Shown here: positions 1-11,649 of the stretch, piece by piece
How positions within the stretch are numbered: position 1 is the first letter of the stretch
Layout of the letters: each line of letters begins with the position of its first letter
DNA from: Malacoraja senta
Lineage: Eukaryota
Reading direction: 5' to 3'
Length of the DNA: 64,000 nt
Assembly: GCA_038087875.1 (NCBI GenBank)
Contig: CM075989.1
Location: 20,834,001 to 20,898,000 of the forward strand
Translations under genes and position numbers: made by a program
The notes under the pieces: model-generated
Seen by the model: only the letters and a program-made list of their open reading frames with translations
Told to the model about the DNA's origin: nothing
Database searches by the model: none

Positions 1-190
1 GATACAGGATAAAGGGAATAACATTTAGTGCAAGATAAAGTCTAGTAAAGTCTGATTAATGATAGTCCGAGGGTCTCCAATGAGGTAGATGGTAGGTCAG
101 GTCCAATCTATAGTTGGTGATAGGATGGTTCAGTTGCCTGATAACAGCTGGGAAGAAACTGTCCCTTAACATGGAGGTATGCATATACTA
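1..190 (-). mobile_element. Rex1/Babar-type LINE 3' region fragment
   Basis: Similar to 15680-15900 and 30185-30305 (gataaagggaataacatttagtgcaagataaag...ggatggttcagttgcc); clade assignment from recall. Confidence 0.5.
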
Positions 191-835
191 TACCTCCATG
201 CATATTCCTAATGAGTATTGTATACAGTCTTCTATAATAGGGGTCTACTAGTCTCTGAAATAATTGACATAGAGACTGGCCACCATGATCCACTGGGTTT
301 ATCTAAGTATGTCACCATAATAGATACAAAGGTATGAGTATGAAAACCATGTAGAATGGTGACAGGTATATTTTACTGAAAGGAGAAGCTTCAATGTTGT
401 ACATTCATTATTTCATTTCCAGTGAAATGCTTGTTGTTTGACCGCTCAATGTTCTAACTCTCCTGCCTGCTGAACTAAGGAAGATGTTACAAGCTGAAAC
501 TAAAATAGCCAACATGCTATCTTTTCATTGACAATTAAGTTGTTACTGTAAGTCATCCAAACTTGTTCTGCCGCTCAGCAAGATCAAGTCTTCTTGTGAT
601 TCATATCCCACTTCCTTTATTTACTTTGCATGAAAAATACTTTTAGTTTCTTGCTTGAATGCCCTAACTCAAAATACATGTTCTTATGTATTCTCACACC
701 ATAGGAAATTGGTTCTCATCTTCACTATCTCAGCCCCAAAACATTTTGAACACAGTGATCATATTATCTTTCATTCTTTCATGGTCGAGGGAATTAAATC
801 GAGTTTTTACAGCCCCCCTCCCTTTTGCAATTTAA

Positions 836-1156
836 TAGCCCAGTCCCACGGTGCGAGTTCATTCCAAGTGCTCTCCCGAGTTTAAAAAAAAATCAAACTC
901 GTGGTAAGCACGGAGAATGAACGTAGCGGGTATGTCGGAGCTCGGGGACGTCTCTTAGCGCTAACGGCAGGTACTCGGGAAGACTTGATAACGGCAGGTA
1001 AGCACGGGAAGACTCGTGAAGATTTTTCAACATGATGAAAAATGTCCACAAGAGCCCCGAGTACCGACGAGTGGCCATTACCGTAAATCTCCGAGTTCGA
1101 ATCAGGGCAAACACGGGAGAGCTCTTGGAATGAACTAGTACCGTGGGACAGGGGTT
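836..1156. mobile_element. PIF/Harbinger MITE
   Basis: TIRs tagcccagtcccacgg / ccgtgggacaggggtt; TAA on both sides (833-835, 1157-1159); same family as 55808. Confidence 0.85.
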
Positions 1157-1251
1157 TAACTCTTTAAGCAGCCTCAAGTATTCATAGATAGGCACAAAAA
1201 GCTGGAGAAACTCAGCGGGACAGGCAGCGTATCTGGAGAGAAGGAATGGGT

Positions 1252-1279
1252 GACGTTTCGGGTCGAAACCCTTCTTCAG
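1252..1279 (-). ncRNA. Minimal hammerhead ribozyme-like core in PLE-derived repeat
   Basis: Minus strand reads CTGAAGA A GGGTT TC GACCC GAAA CGTC; helix I is weak. Confidence 0.6.
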
Positions 1280-1395
1280 ACTTCTGAAGAAGAGCAAGGA
1301 AATAATTCTCCTTACTTGACAACAGTACTTTGTGTCCATGGTGTTTAATTGAGGGAAATTTACACTTAATTTCAGCAACTATTTTTTTTAATATA

Positions 1396-2066
1396 CAGGT
1401 GCTCCTCAACTTACGATGGGGTTACGTTCCGATAAACCCATCGTAAATCGAAAATATCATAAGTCGAAAATGCATTCAATACACCAAACCTACCAAACAT
1501 TCTCTCTCTTCTGATAAGACTCGAGAATAGTGGGAGAAGTCACTGGGGCATCAACACTTGTTGATTGTTTAGCAGGTATAGTGTTCTTCAGGAAGATTTC
1601 AAGTTTCGACTGCTTAGTTTGTTTCTTCTTTTCATTATATATTTCCCTGTAGCGGGCAAGGGTATCCTGTATCCACCTGGCAGTTTTTGCCAATCTCTCG
1701 TATTTGACGTCCATTTCCTCCAACATCCGTACGTCACTGCTGATAGCAGCAAACGCCTCCGCCAGTTTCTTTGTTGTGAATGTTTTCATTGCCTCGGTTA
1801 TTCCTTCTTCTTCCTCTGCCTCAGCTTCTTTACTTTTATCTTCCCCCAGTTCGATCAGCTCCTCATTGGAAAGTTCTACGCTGTAGAGCTGCGGCTCGCT
1901 GCCGTTGCCCGGCATCACCAGAGAGTATCGTACCGCATATCGCTAGCCCGGGAAAAGATCAAAATTGAAAATTCAAAATACCGTTTCTACAGAATGTGTA
2001 TCGCTTCAGCACCATCGTAAAATCTAAATATCGTAAGTCGAAGCATCGTAAGTCGAGGAGCATCAT
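1396..2066 (-). mobile_element. Internally deleted TcMar-Tigger (MER47/Tigger5-like) DNA transposon
   Basis: TIRs caggtgctcctcaacttacgatg / catcgtaagtcgaggagcatc; TA at 1394-1395 and 2067-2068; carries transposase C-terminus. Confidence 0.85.
1490..1880 (-). pseudogene. Tigger/pogo transposase C-terminal fragment
   Basis: ELSNEELIEL...FTTKKLAEAF...YREIYNEKKKQTKQSKLEIFLK resembles the TIGD1/Tigger C-terminus; no DDE domain. Confidence 0.8.
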
Positions 2067-2103
2067 TATCATTTTTTTGTATGGGTGATGATGGGGTAGA
2101 AGG

Positions 2104-2287
2104 TAGCCAAAAATGCTGGAGAAACTCAGCGGGTGAGGCAGCATCTATGGAGCGAAGGAAATAGGCAACGTTTCGGGCCGAGACGTTGCCTAGTTCCTTC
2201 GCTCCATAGATGCTGCCTCACCCGCTGAGTTTCTCCAGCATTTTTGTCTACCTTCGATTTTCCAGCATCTGCAGTTCCTTCTTAAAC
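2104..2287. mobile_element. Fold-back PLE-derived short retroelement
   Basis: Arms are reverse complements about ~2178; 13 bp TSD atggggtagaagg (2091-2103, 2288-2300). Confidence 0.8.
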
Positions 2288-2361
2288 ATGGGGTAGAAGG
2301 GTTGTTTTAAGTGTGATTCGCCAAAACCCCCCAGCATATCTTCAAACTCAACTTTGTGTGA

Positions 2362-2499
2362 AGAAGTCTGAAGAAGCGTCCTGACCCGAAACGTCACTCA
2401 CCCTCTTCTCGAGAGATGCTGCCTGTCCCACTGAGTTACTCCAGCACTTTGAGCCTATCTTTGGTATAAACCAGCATCTGCAGTTCTTTGTTTCGACAT
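2362..2499 (+). mobile_element. PLE-derived short retroelement with hammerhead-like core
   Basis: ctgaagaagcgtcctgacccgaaacgtc; 15 bp TSD ctcaactttgtgtga (2347-2361, 2500-2514). Confidence 0.75.
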
Positions 2500-2533
2500 C
2501 TCAACTTTGTGTGAGATTGGTTCTATCAGCTAA

Positions 2534-2781
2534 AGGGCCTGTCCCACTTGCCGATTTTTTTCGGCGACTGCCGGCGTCATATCAGGGTCGCCAAAAGATT
2601 TTGAACATTTCAAAATCCAGCGGCGACAAAAAAAATGTTGCAACACTTGAAAAAACACCGTGCGTCATACGTCATCACGTTGCGTCACGGCCGCATCACG
2701 CCGCAAATTTTTCGGTGACCTGATACATCAGTCAATGATGCCGGCAGTCGCCAAAAAAAATCGGCAAGTGGGGCAGGCCCT
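2534..2781. mobile_element. PIF/Harbinger MITE
   Basis: TIRs agggcctgtcccacttgccga / tcggcaagtggggcaggccct; TAA TSD. Confidence 0.9.
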
Positions 2782-3162
2782 TAACTATTTCACATTAATC
2801 AGATTTATTCTGACAGCTTCTGTTTGTGCTTCCTGACTGATTTCTTCCGTATTGACGACTTTCAATACCGGTCGAGTAACATCTGCTTTTTTTTGGTGAA
2901 TTGCTGTCAAACTGACACTTGTTTATGAAGGCTCAGAAGGCTGATAGTTAATATGTATGATGAATGAAAGATGATATGCGGTTTATCTCCTCAGAACAAG
3001 ATGTCATTGGTGTTGACGTTATTGTCAAAATGCAAAATAACATTGATTCTGGAAATCCAAAATATGCACAGAAAATAATGGAAAAATTCAGTAGGTGAAT
3101 TAATAAACGTGAAACTAGAAACATCGACTTTCTCGGGCAGAAATAACCAAACACATTCAGTG

Positions 3163-3309
3163 GACAAAAGTGCTGGAGAAACTCAGCGGGTGCACGTTTC
3201 GGGACGAAACGTTGCCTATTTCCTTCGCTCCATAGATGCTGCTGCACCCGCTGAGTTTCTCCAGCACTTTTGTCTACCTTCGATTTTCCAGCATCTGCAG
3301 TTCCTCCTT
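3163..3309. mobile_element. Partly fold-back PLE-derived short retroelement
   Basis: Short inverted 5' arm; 14 bp TSD aaacacattcagtg (3149-3162, 3310-3323). Confidence 0.8.
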
Positions 3310-3764
3310 AAACACATTCAGTGCCCATGTTCTACATATCACCATAGAAAGCTCATCAACGCCTCGATTTCCAAAGAAGATTGAAGAGATTCAGAATGTC
3401 GACAAAGACTCTATTCCGCAGGTATACGGCAGAGAGCATGCTGACTGGTTGTGTTATGGTTGGTTCAGCAACTCCACGGCGGCACGTTAGACGAGTGGTA
3501 GAGTTGCTGCCTTACAGCGCCAGGGACCCGGGTTCGATCCTGACTGGGGGTCTTCATGGACTTTAGTTTGAGTTTAGTTTTAGTTTTTGTTTAGTTTAGT
3601 TTAGTTTTCGGACACATACGATTTCATTTATTTATAGATATTGTTTATGACACTTTATAAATATTCTTGTTTTGTTTTTTGTATGCTGTTTCACACTTGC
3701 TTTTTATTCTTTTATTCTGTTCGAAATAAAGAATTAAATAAATTTAAAAAATAAAGTTTAGTGA

Positions 3765-4053
3765 TGGCTTAGCGATAGAGTTGCTGCCTTACAGCGCCAG
3801 AGACCCAGGTTCAATCCTGACTACGGATGCTGTCTGTACGGAGTTTGCATGTTTTCCCCGTGACCTGCGTGGGTTTTCTCCAGGATCTCCAGTTTCCTCC
3901 CGTACTCCAAAGACCTACAGGTTTGTAGGTTTATTGGCTTGGTGTAATTGTAAATTGCCCCTTTTGTGTGTGTGGGAGAGTTAGCGTGCGGGGATCGCTG
4001 GTCGACGCAGACTCATTGGGCCGAAGGACCTGTTTCTGTGCTGTATCTCTAAA
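3765..4053 (+). mobile_element. HE1/V-SINE
   Basis: tRNA-like head with B box ggttcaatcc, V-domain gtttgcatgttttccccgtg...ggttttctcc, CR1-like tail gggccgaaggacctgtttc...ctctaaa. Confidence 0.85.
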
Positions 4054-4079
4054 AACCTCGAACGCTCAGGAATGAAGGA

Positions 4080-4297
4080 GATTACAGGGAGTAGTGGACA
4101 TTGCCCAGTCCATCGCAGGTACTGACCTCCCCACTAACAGAGGGATCTACAGGGCGTATTACCACAAATACGCGGCTAAGTTCATAAAAGACCACACCAC
4201 CCTGGCAATGCTCTCATTTCATTCCTACCGTCAGCAGGAAGATACAGGAGCCTGAAAACTACGAGCAACAGGTTTAAACATAGCTTGTCCCCAACAG
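4080..4297 (+). mobile_element. Decayed Rex1/Babar RT C-terminal fragment
   Basis: Translates, with one frameshift, to GVVDIAQSIAGTDLPT...FIKDH...LISFLPSAGRYRSLKT, similar to the Rex1 IIKDPSHP...LPSGRRYRS motif. Confidence 0.65.
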
Positions 4298-5394
4298 GTC
4301 AAGTTGAGGGGAGGTCAGGTCGGGGGGGGGGGGGAGTTCCCCCCGCCACGGGCACCATGTAATCCCGTGCCACCTGCTCCATGGTCGGACAGTCGGCGAT
4401 TAAACCTTCTCCCCCACCTGGTTTGCCAGGTGAGGTGGGGGCTGTGGACCCCCAGCAGGACCAAAAACAAGATCTGTCAAAGGGCGGATGAGCTTCTAGT
4501 GAGCCATCGGCCATCCATACTTCAGTAGAAGTTGCGATCACTGTCGTACACGGCATTGTAAGGAATGATGATAAAGCACACACACACCAAAATCCTATAC
4601 TTCCAGACCCCACAACACAGAGGTTAGTATATCTGAGATACATTGCAAGTCTAGTTTTGGTTTTTAAAACAATGAATCTTGATTCAACTCTACAAATAAG
4701 CCTTGAAATTTGGAGACCACCTTCCACATTACTTGCTAAATCATGATCAGGGCATATATTCAAATGCTCTTTCAGACGGAATGGGGAATAGAGGGACTCC
4801 TTCTTATATTATTTATCATCTCTCACTGTCATAATTTAGCATTAAGCATATCGCAATACTCACTCCAACTACAATAAACATAATGGATGGGAAAAGCTTT
4901 GGCCATGATAAGCTCTACAAAACTCTCTCGGCTCATAAATACTCAACCGTGGTCTACAATTATCACAAAATGGGAAACTGCTATTCATTAATCCTTCGTT
5001 GAACTATAGTCAGTAGCCCACCTGGCAATTACCTGCCTGTAACAGTTACAAATTCTTAGTTCAAACATTATTACTTTAATTTATAGATGTGGGATTATAG
5101 CAGTGAGTTCCTGTGCACACAGCGAGAGTGAAGAAACTGCACTTAATAGTGTTTTAACTTAATCTATCATTGCCTTAGTGATCTGCCATATTAATATTAC
5201 ATCTCTCCTGAGGTTGGGGCTGAGAAGATCCATGGGTAATCATATATGGAATAATATTATTGCATCCATACATACATAGCATCATGTTCAAGACATTTAT
5301 GGTACGGTAATTGTCAAGGAGGTGCTGTTTTACCAGCATGGTAAAAATCCTTTATTTATCATCAACAAGGTGCTGTTCACCTGCATGGTTTTGT

Positions 5395-5670
5395 TTCGTT
5401 TAGAGATACTGTGCGGAAGCAGGCACTACGGCCCACCGAGACCGCGCCGACCAGCGATCCCCACACACTACTATCTTACACACACACACACACACGAGGG
5501 ACGATTTACATTTGTACCAAACCTATTAACCTACAAACCTGGACGTCTTTGGAATGTGGGAGGGAACCAAAGTTCTTGGGGAAAGCCCACGCGGTCACGG
5601 GGAGAACGTATAAAAACTCCGTACAGACAGCACCCAAGGTCAGGATCGAGCCTGGGTCTCTGGCGCTTTA
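5395..5670 (-). mobile_element. HE1/V-SINE, first part (head continues at 8020-8057)
   Basis: SINE breaks at ctggcgctt-TAA and resumes TAA-ggcagaaactctaccgttgtgccaccgtg at 8020. Confidence 0.85.
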
Positions 5671-6104
5671 AGATGAGCATTTGACAGCACTGGGCCGCTA
5701 CTCGCTGGAGTTTAGAAGGTTGAGGGGGGACCTCATTGAAACTTACAGAATAATGAAAGGCGTAGATAGAGTGGATGTGGAAAGGATGTTTCCACTGGTG
5801 GGAGAATCTAGGACCAGTGGTCATAGCCTCAGAGCTAAAGGCGCTCTTTTAGAAAGGAGGAAGAACTTCTTTAGTCAGAGGGTAGTTAATCTGTGGAATA
5901 CTTTGCCACAGAGGGCTGTGGAGGCCAAGTCAGTGGACATTTTTAAGGCAGAAATAGACAAATTCTTGATTAGAGCGGGTGTCAAGGGTTATGGGGAGAT
6001 GGCAGGAAAATGGGATTAGGAGGCAGAGATCAGCCATGGTGGAATGGTGGAGTAGACTCGAAGGGCTGAATGTCCTAATTATACTCCTATAACTTGTGAA
6101 CTTG
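5671..6104 (+). mobile_element. CR1/HER1-type LINE 3' end
   Basis: YSLEFRRLRGDLIETY...FFSQRVVNLWNTLP; aacttgtg repeat tail. Confidence 0.9.
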
Positions 6105-6425
6105 TAAAAGCCCTGTCTCACTGTGCGAGTTGACCCACGAGTGACCCCGAGTGAAAGACTCGTGGTTGGGTACGAGACTCCAAGTTTATGACCAAGAGTT
6201 TCACCGAGTTCCCACGGGTATGTCTAAGTTTGCCGTTTACTTCTCATTTCTGCGATGTTCCAAGTTCGTCTCCCGAGTGTACCAAGTTCCTCTCCCGTTA
6301 ATCTTGAGGCAACAATGTATATCGACGTGTTGAAAAATCATCACATGTTAAAAAAATGATGTCATGCTTTTTTTTTAACATACTATAAAAAGCCTGCCTT
6401 GTTTAAATTGGCTCATTTGGAGAAA

Positions 6426-6712
6426 ATGTCTACAAGAAGGCTATTGGAGTCCAGAATGGTGATGTTTTTTGTTCGAGTGCTGTATGCAGCAGCCCTTTAT
6501 GTGATGCAAGGACGCTTGTGTAATGAAGGCAGAAGAGAGAGAGTAAAGAGGAGAATTAAGAAGAGGTCTCAGTGGGTGAAGCCCCTGTTTCAAAGGAGAT
6601 CTCTCTTGGACAGTATGAAAAGCTGCTTAATGTGCTGTGCGAAGAGGATAAATCTGCATTTAAAAATTTCATCAGAATTTCACCTGAGCTCTTTAATGAG
6701 CTGAAGAATAAC
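6426..6712 (+). pseudogene. Harbinger transposase N-terminal fragment (frameshifted)
   Basis: KKRSQWVKPLFQRRSL, then in shifted frame GQYEKLLNVLCEEDKSAFKNFIRISPELFNELK, the WVxP...FxNFxRxSxxxF pattern of Harbinger transposases. Confidence 0.75.
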
Positions 6713-7529
6713 TTGTGGATGTGAAATCTCACCTACCTGTTTCAGTGACAGGCACCCGCAGCCAGTGAATGAAGACACCCCCATCTGTCTCCCCCTCCTC
6801 TCTCCACCCTCTCTCCTCCACCCCCCCCCCCTCACCCCCCCCCCCCAATTTGGAAATGTCATCCCATCACACATTCCTTCTCTCCAGAGATGCTGCCTGC
6901 CCGCTGAGTTAAAGAGTTCCCACTTGCAGCAGCATAACAGGCCAGTAAACACAATACTCATAGATAATATACTAAACAAAGAAAATATATATTAAAAAAA
7001 AGTATTATTGCAAAAATCCCAAAGTCCTTAGTGCAACCAAGGCAGTTTGGAGTTCATAGTTTAGTTAGCATTTGTAGCGTTCAATGGTTGTTGGGAAGAA
7101 GCTGTTCTTGAACCTGGAGGTCATGGTTTTCAGATTCTTATACCTTCTGCTCAGCAGGAATGAAATGAGAGCATGGCCAGGGTAGTGTGGGTCCATGACA
7201 ATGCTGGCTGCCTTTTTGAGGCAGCACCTCCTATAGAACCCTTTGATTCAGTAAAGTTCAGTAAAGAGATCGGGAATCTGGCATCATGGCTTGAGAATAA
7301 AACCCAGCCTTTAACATCCGCATAATGAAAGAGTTGGTGTTGTCCTACGGAACAGGGGTGCAGGAGAGGTGAACACAACCCTGTCTTCTTCAACAGCACT
7401 GGTAGAGATGGCTTCTGGACGTGACTGGCAAACCTCAGATTAGGCTGCCATGAAGTGTCATAAAATGTTCTCACGCTGTTCCTCAATACTGGTTTGTCTT
7501 AAGGTTGTGAGCTCAGTCCCAAATACACA

Positions 7530-7717
7530 AAATCTATATATAAACTTCAAGCAATTTTTTCTTTTCAACCCACTCTGTCACCTTATCAATAACTTGCTTA
7601 ACTTTGTTAAGCAGAATTTGTCTTTAAAAATTCTATGGTGGTGTTCCTTAACTGATCCATACTTATCCAAGTAACTGATATTTCTGTCCCTGATTATTGT
7701 TTCTAAAAAGTGTTCCC
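7530..7717 (-). mobile_element. Old, decayed CR1 RT relic
   Basis: FLETIIRDRNISYLDKYGSVKEHHHRIFKDKFCLTKL...DKVTEWV resembles CR1 LESIIRD...SQHGFxKGKSCLTNL. Confidence 0.65.
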
Positions 7718-8169
7718 ACGGTAGACTCACGAGTCACAAAGGTAAACGCACGGGCCACTACGTTCTTACAACGAGTTTAAAATGTTTCAAATTTTAACCT
7801 CAAGAGTACATTTTACTCGTGGAAAAGTTTAAACATGTTTGAACTTTTTCAAGAGTTAACAAGTTTCACGGGTACCATGCCGTTAGCGCCAAGAGTCGCT
7901 AAGTTGCGTCCACGAGTTCCGACGTTCCCGCTACGTTAATTGTATGTGATTACCACGAGTTAAATTTGTTTTAAACTCGGGGTACCTCGTGGGTCAGTTC
8001 GCACAGTGTAACAGGGGTTTAAGGCAGAAACTCTACCGTTGTGCCACCGTGCTGCCCTAATATTTATTTATCATTCTGACTTCTCTGGTTATCACGTGCA
8101 ATGGAATTACTAAAAAGTTCTGTTTAGGATTAAATTAAAATATGATTATAGTGTTGCAAAGAATTCTGA

Positions 8170-8266
8170 AGGTAGACAAAAATCCTGGAGAAACTCAGTA
8201 GGTGAGGCAGCATCTATGGAGCGAAAGAATAGGTGACATTTCGGGTCGAGACCCTTCTTCTTAACC
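8170..8266 (-). mobile_element. PLE-derived short retroelement
   Basis: Family arm with 13 bp TSD caaagaattctga (8157-8169, 8267-8279). Confidence 0.7.
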
Positions 8267-9687
8267 CAAAGAATTCTGATGTAGTTCATCACAATAACTA
8301 ATCTGTACACCTTGTGGTAACAAATAACAATGAAGTTTCAACATTTTTGATGTATTAGTTGAAATATCAAACTTAAAACCATTTCATTGGTGTGTATAAG
8401 TAGGACATGCTTTCACTGGCACAGAACAAATGAGAAGGGATTTAAAATATTCACATCTGACGAGTAGTTGAATCAGAGGTTCACTGAATAAGGTGTGGTG
8501 GAGACAAAAGATCCTGGCACAAGTATAACCGAATTGGATGGGCAAGGTTTCTATGGAGATACACCAGCAAGAATTGGAAAATAGAACTGTCAACAGTGCC
8601 TCTACCAAAGATAAACACAAAGTGCTGGAGTAACTTAGCAGGTCAGCATCTCTGGAGAAAAGGATGGGTGATGTTTCGTGTAGGGACCCTTCTTCAGATT
8701 CACAATGATCTGAAGAAGGGTCCCGACCCAAAACATCACCTATCTTTTTTTCTCCAGAGATGTTGCCTGACTGACACGCTGACTTCCTCTTGCACTTTGT
8801 GTCTATCAGCGCAGTGGTGCAGCGGGTAGAGTTGCTGCCTTACAGCACTTGCAGCGCTGGAGACCCAGGTTCGATCCCAAATGCAGTGCTGTCTGTACGG
8901 AGTTTGTACGTTCTCCCCGTGACTGCGTGGGTTTTCTCCAAGATCTTCGGTTTCCTCCCACACTCCAAAGACGTACAGGTATGCACACTCCACACAGACA
9001 GCAGCCGAGGTCAGGATCGAAGCCGGGTCTGCGTTACGCCATTGCAGCATCATTTCCCTGGAAACCCAAAGGCGGTCTGTTAACATGGAGGCATTCATAC
9101 CTCTCTGTCTGGGAGGTCAAGTGTCTCCCATTCACTTGTAAAGCAGGCAGGCTAAAAGGTTTTTACTCTGAAGTAGCAGTTCCTGAATAATTACTATGGG
9201 GTTAAGGTAAGTGAATTGCAGATGACTCACTAATCGATGCCGCCAAGTATTCAAAACAAGAGGTTTAATGGCCTACACACTCTCCAGAGAAGTGGTGAGT
9301 ACATCAAGACATCTTTCAAAGTTTGAACATCACATTTGCTGCTCAGGCATAAAGTATATTAGGTCAAAATTAGTTTATCCTGTCAGTGACTTATAGAGAT
9401 GCCAACTTCCTGGTCAAACTAAATCATAATTGTTTGTCAGGCTCTCCCACCCCATTCGAGAGCAATTTGGTGAATTTGTGATTAAACAAGTGATATCAAT
9501 CGCCAAAAATAAAATCTTTATTTTGCTGACTTCGGTTTTTGTTGTTGTTAAAGTAATGATACTATTTCAAATTTTATGTCGTAGGGGGGGGGGGGGGGGG
9601 GGTCCAGTCACCGGTTTTTGGGTGACCTGCTACGACTATGACAGTCGCCTAAAAATAGCCTAAGTGGGGCAGGCTCTCAAGATTGTT

Positions 9688-9907
9688 AAAGAAGGAACTG
9701 CAGATGCTGGAAAATCAAAGGTACACAAAAATGCTGGAGAAACTCAGCGGGTGCAGCAGCATCTATGGAGCGAAGGAAATAAGCAACATTTCGGGCCGAA
9801 ACCCTTCTTCAGACTGATGCAGGGTTTCGGCCCGAAACGTTGCCTATTTCCTTCGCTCCATAGATGCTGCTGCACCCGCTGAGTTTCTCCAGCATTTTTG
9901 TGTACCT
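9688..9907. mobile_element. Fold-back PLE-derived retroelement with hammerhead-like cores on both strands
   Basis: Inverted arms around 9812; cores ctgaagaagggtttcggcccgaaa (-) and ctgatgcagggtttcggcccgaaacgtt (+); 14 bp TSD aggctctcaagatt. Confidence 0.85.
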
Positions 9908-10082
9908 AGGCTCTCAAGATTATTGTTCTCAGGATCCTTTCACACCCATCTTCGAGAGAGAAAGTAGCATTATATCATCTGTCCAGGATTGGGCAAAACA
10001 AGACAACGCACTAACTAACCTAAATGGGAGCAGAGAAATTCCAATCAAAGAATAATTCTGTGGTAGGAATAGTGATGGGCAA

Positions 10083-10365
10083 GGTCGCAAGGTCATAAGG
10101 AATAGGAGTACAATTAGGCCATTCGGCCCACCAAGTCTACTCCGCCATTCAATCGTGGCTGATCTATCCTAACCCCATTCTCCTGCCTTCTCCCCATAAC
10201 CTCTGACACCCGTACTATTCAAGAATCCATCTATCTCTGCCTTAAAAATATCCACTGACTTGGCCTCCACAGCCTTCTGTGGCAAAGAATTCCACAGATT
10301 CACCACCCTCTGACTAAATAAATTCCTCCACATCTCCTTCCCATAAGAACGTCCTTTAATTCTGA
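10083..10365 (-). mobile_element. CR1 LINE 3' end
   Basis: Reverse complement of the CR1 3' UTR seen at 5900-6100. Confidence 0.8.
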
Positions 10366-10419
10366 AGAATTATGCTGATTACTGACATAAACATAGCTTA
10401 AGAGAAATGAAAAGAGCTC

Positions 10420-10768
10420 CTTTGACAGGAAAAATATTCCCGATGTTGGGGGGAGTCCAGAACCAGGGGTCACACAGTTTAACAAAAAGGGGTGGGCCAT
10501 TTAGGACTGAGTTGAGGAAAAACTTCTTCACCCAGAGAGTTGTGAATCTGTGGAATTCTCTGCCACAGAAGGCAGTGGAGGCCAATTCACTGGATGTTTT
10601 CAAGAGAGAGTTAGATTTAGCTCTTGGAGCTAACGGAATCAAGGGATATGGGGAAAAAGCAAGAACGGGGTACTAATTGTGGATGATCAACCAGGATCAT
10701 ATTGAATGGCGGTGCTGGCTCGAAGGTTTGAATGGCCCACTCCTGCACCTATGTTTCTATGCTCCATG
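10420..10768 (+). mobile_element. CR1 LINE 3' end
   Basis: FRTELRKNFFTQRVVNLWNSLP; tail ctatgtttctatg. Confidence 0.85.
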
Positions 10769-11649
10769 TTGTAAAATAACTAATTTAGCTGTGAAGTACT
10801 GACATCGCTCCGCAAAATGTAAACATTGCAATCCTAATGCACATAATGGGTGTCACTGGTAAAATTTGTTTTGAGGAAACTCTTAAAAAGCTATGTTGAA
10901 TTTGAATTAAATCTTTGCAGCCAGACTTGCCGGCAATTAGTCTGTAAAGCAGTTCATAACATACCTAATCCAATACTTTTTAGCAATATTTATAGATTAA
11001 CTTGCAATTAGTGTTTAGGAGGAATTCGATCAGCCATGATCATATTGAATGGCGGTGCTGGCTCAAAAGGCCGAATGGCCTACTCCTGCAACTATTTTCC
11101 ACGTTTCTATATTTTTACGTTTGACAGCCGGGCACTGATCATCTAAAGGCTTCACACTTTGTCTCCTCGCATTAGAAAATAGATTTTACATTTTCCTTGA
11201 TCTTTGTCCCCATCTGTAGTCTTGTTTCTTATTTTACCCATCCATATCTCTGCGCCTCCCTCTCCCCTGACTCTCAGTCAGAAGAAGGGCCTCGACTCGA
11301 AATGCACCCATACCTCCTATCCAGAGGTGCTTCCCACCTCCCACTGAGTTACTCCAGCATTTTGTGTCTATCATGGGTGTAAACCAGCATCTGCAGTGCC
11401 TTGCTACACCGTACAGCACAGGAACTGTTCCTATGCCGACAATGCCAGTGTCAAACATAAGACCACGGGACCATAGGAGTGGAATTAGGTCACTAAGGCT
11501 CAACGTTGCAAATCAGACAGGAGAGGGGCGACTTAAGGTCAGCGAGATATTTAGCACTCCACTTAGTTTTACCCCAAAATAGAGAGTTAAATATACTTGG
11601 TGTGTCATAGCTCCTGCTTCTATACTGTCGTCTCAATGATTCACAGTGG

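Larger units (their letters stand above)
6108..8019 (+). mobile_element. PIF/Harbinger element with transposase N-terminus and heterologous interior
   Basis: About 45 bp imperfect TIRs (aagccctgtctcactgtgcgagttgacccacgag / ctcgtgggtcagttcgcacagtgtaacaggggtt); TAA at 6105-6107 and 8020-8022. Confidence 0.8.

Noticed and set aside
2104..2287. Fold-back repeats as DNA MITEs or miRNA hairpins
   Set aside because: Arms are unequal, TSDs are long and variable, and the centre maps to the hammerhead region, favouring PLE retro-insertion.
4345..4445. HDV-like ribozyme
   Set aside because: A P3/L3-like hairpin (ccacctgctccatgg) is present but no P1/P2 partners could be placed.
9050..9215. Exon ending at AG/GTAAGT
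   Set aside because: No convincing acceptor or recognisable peptide.
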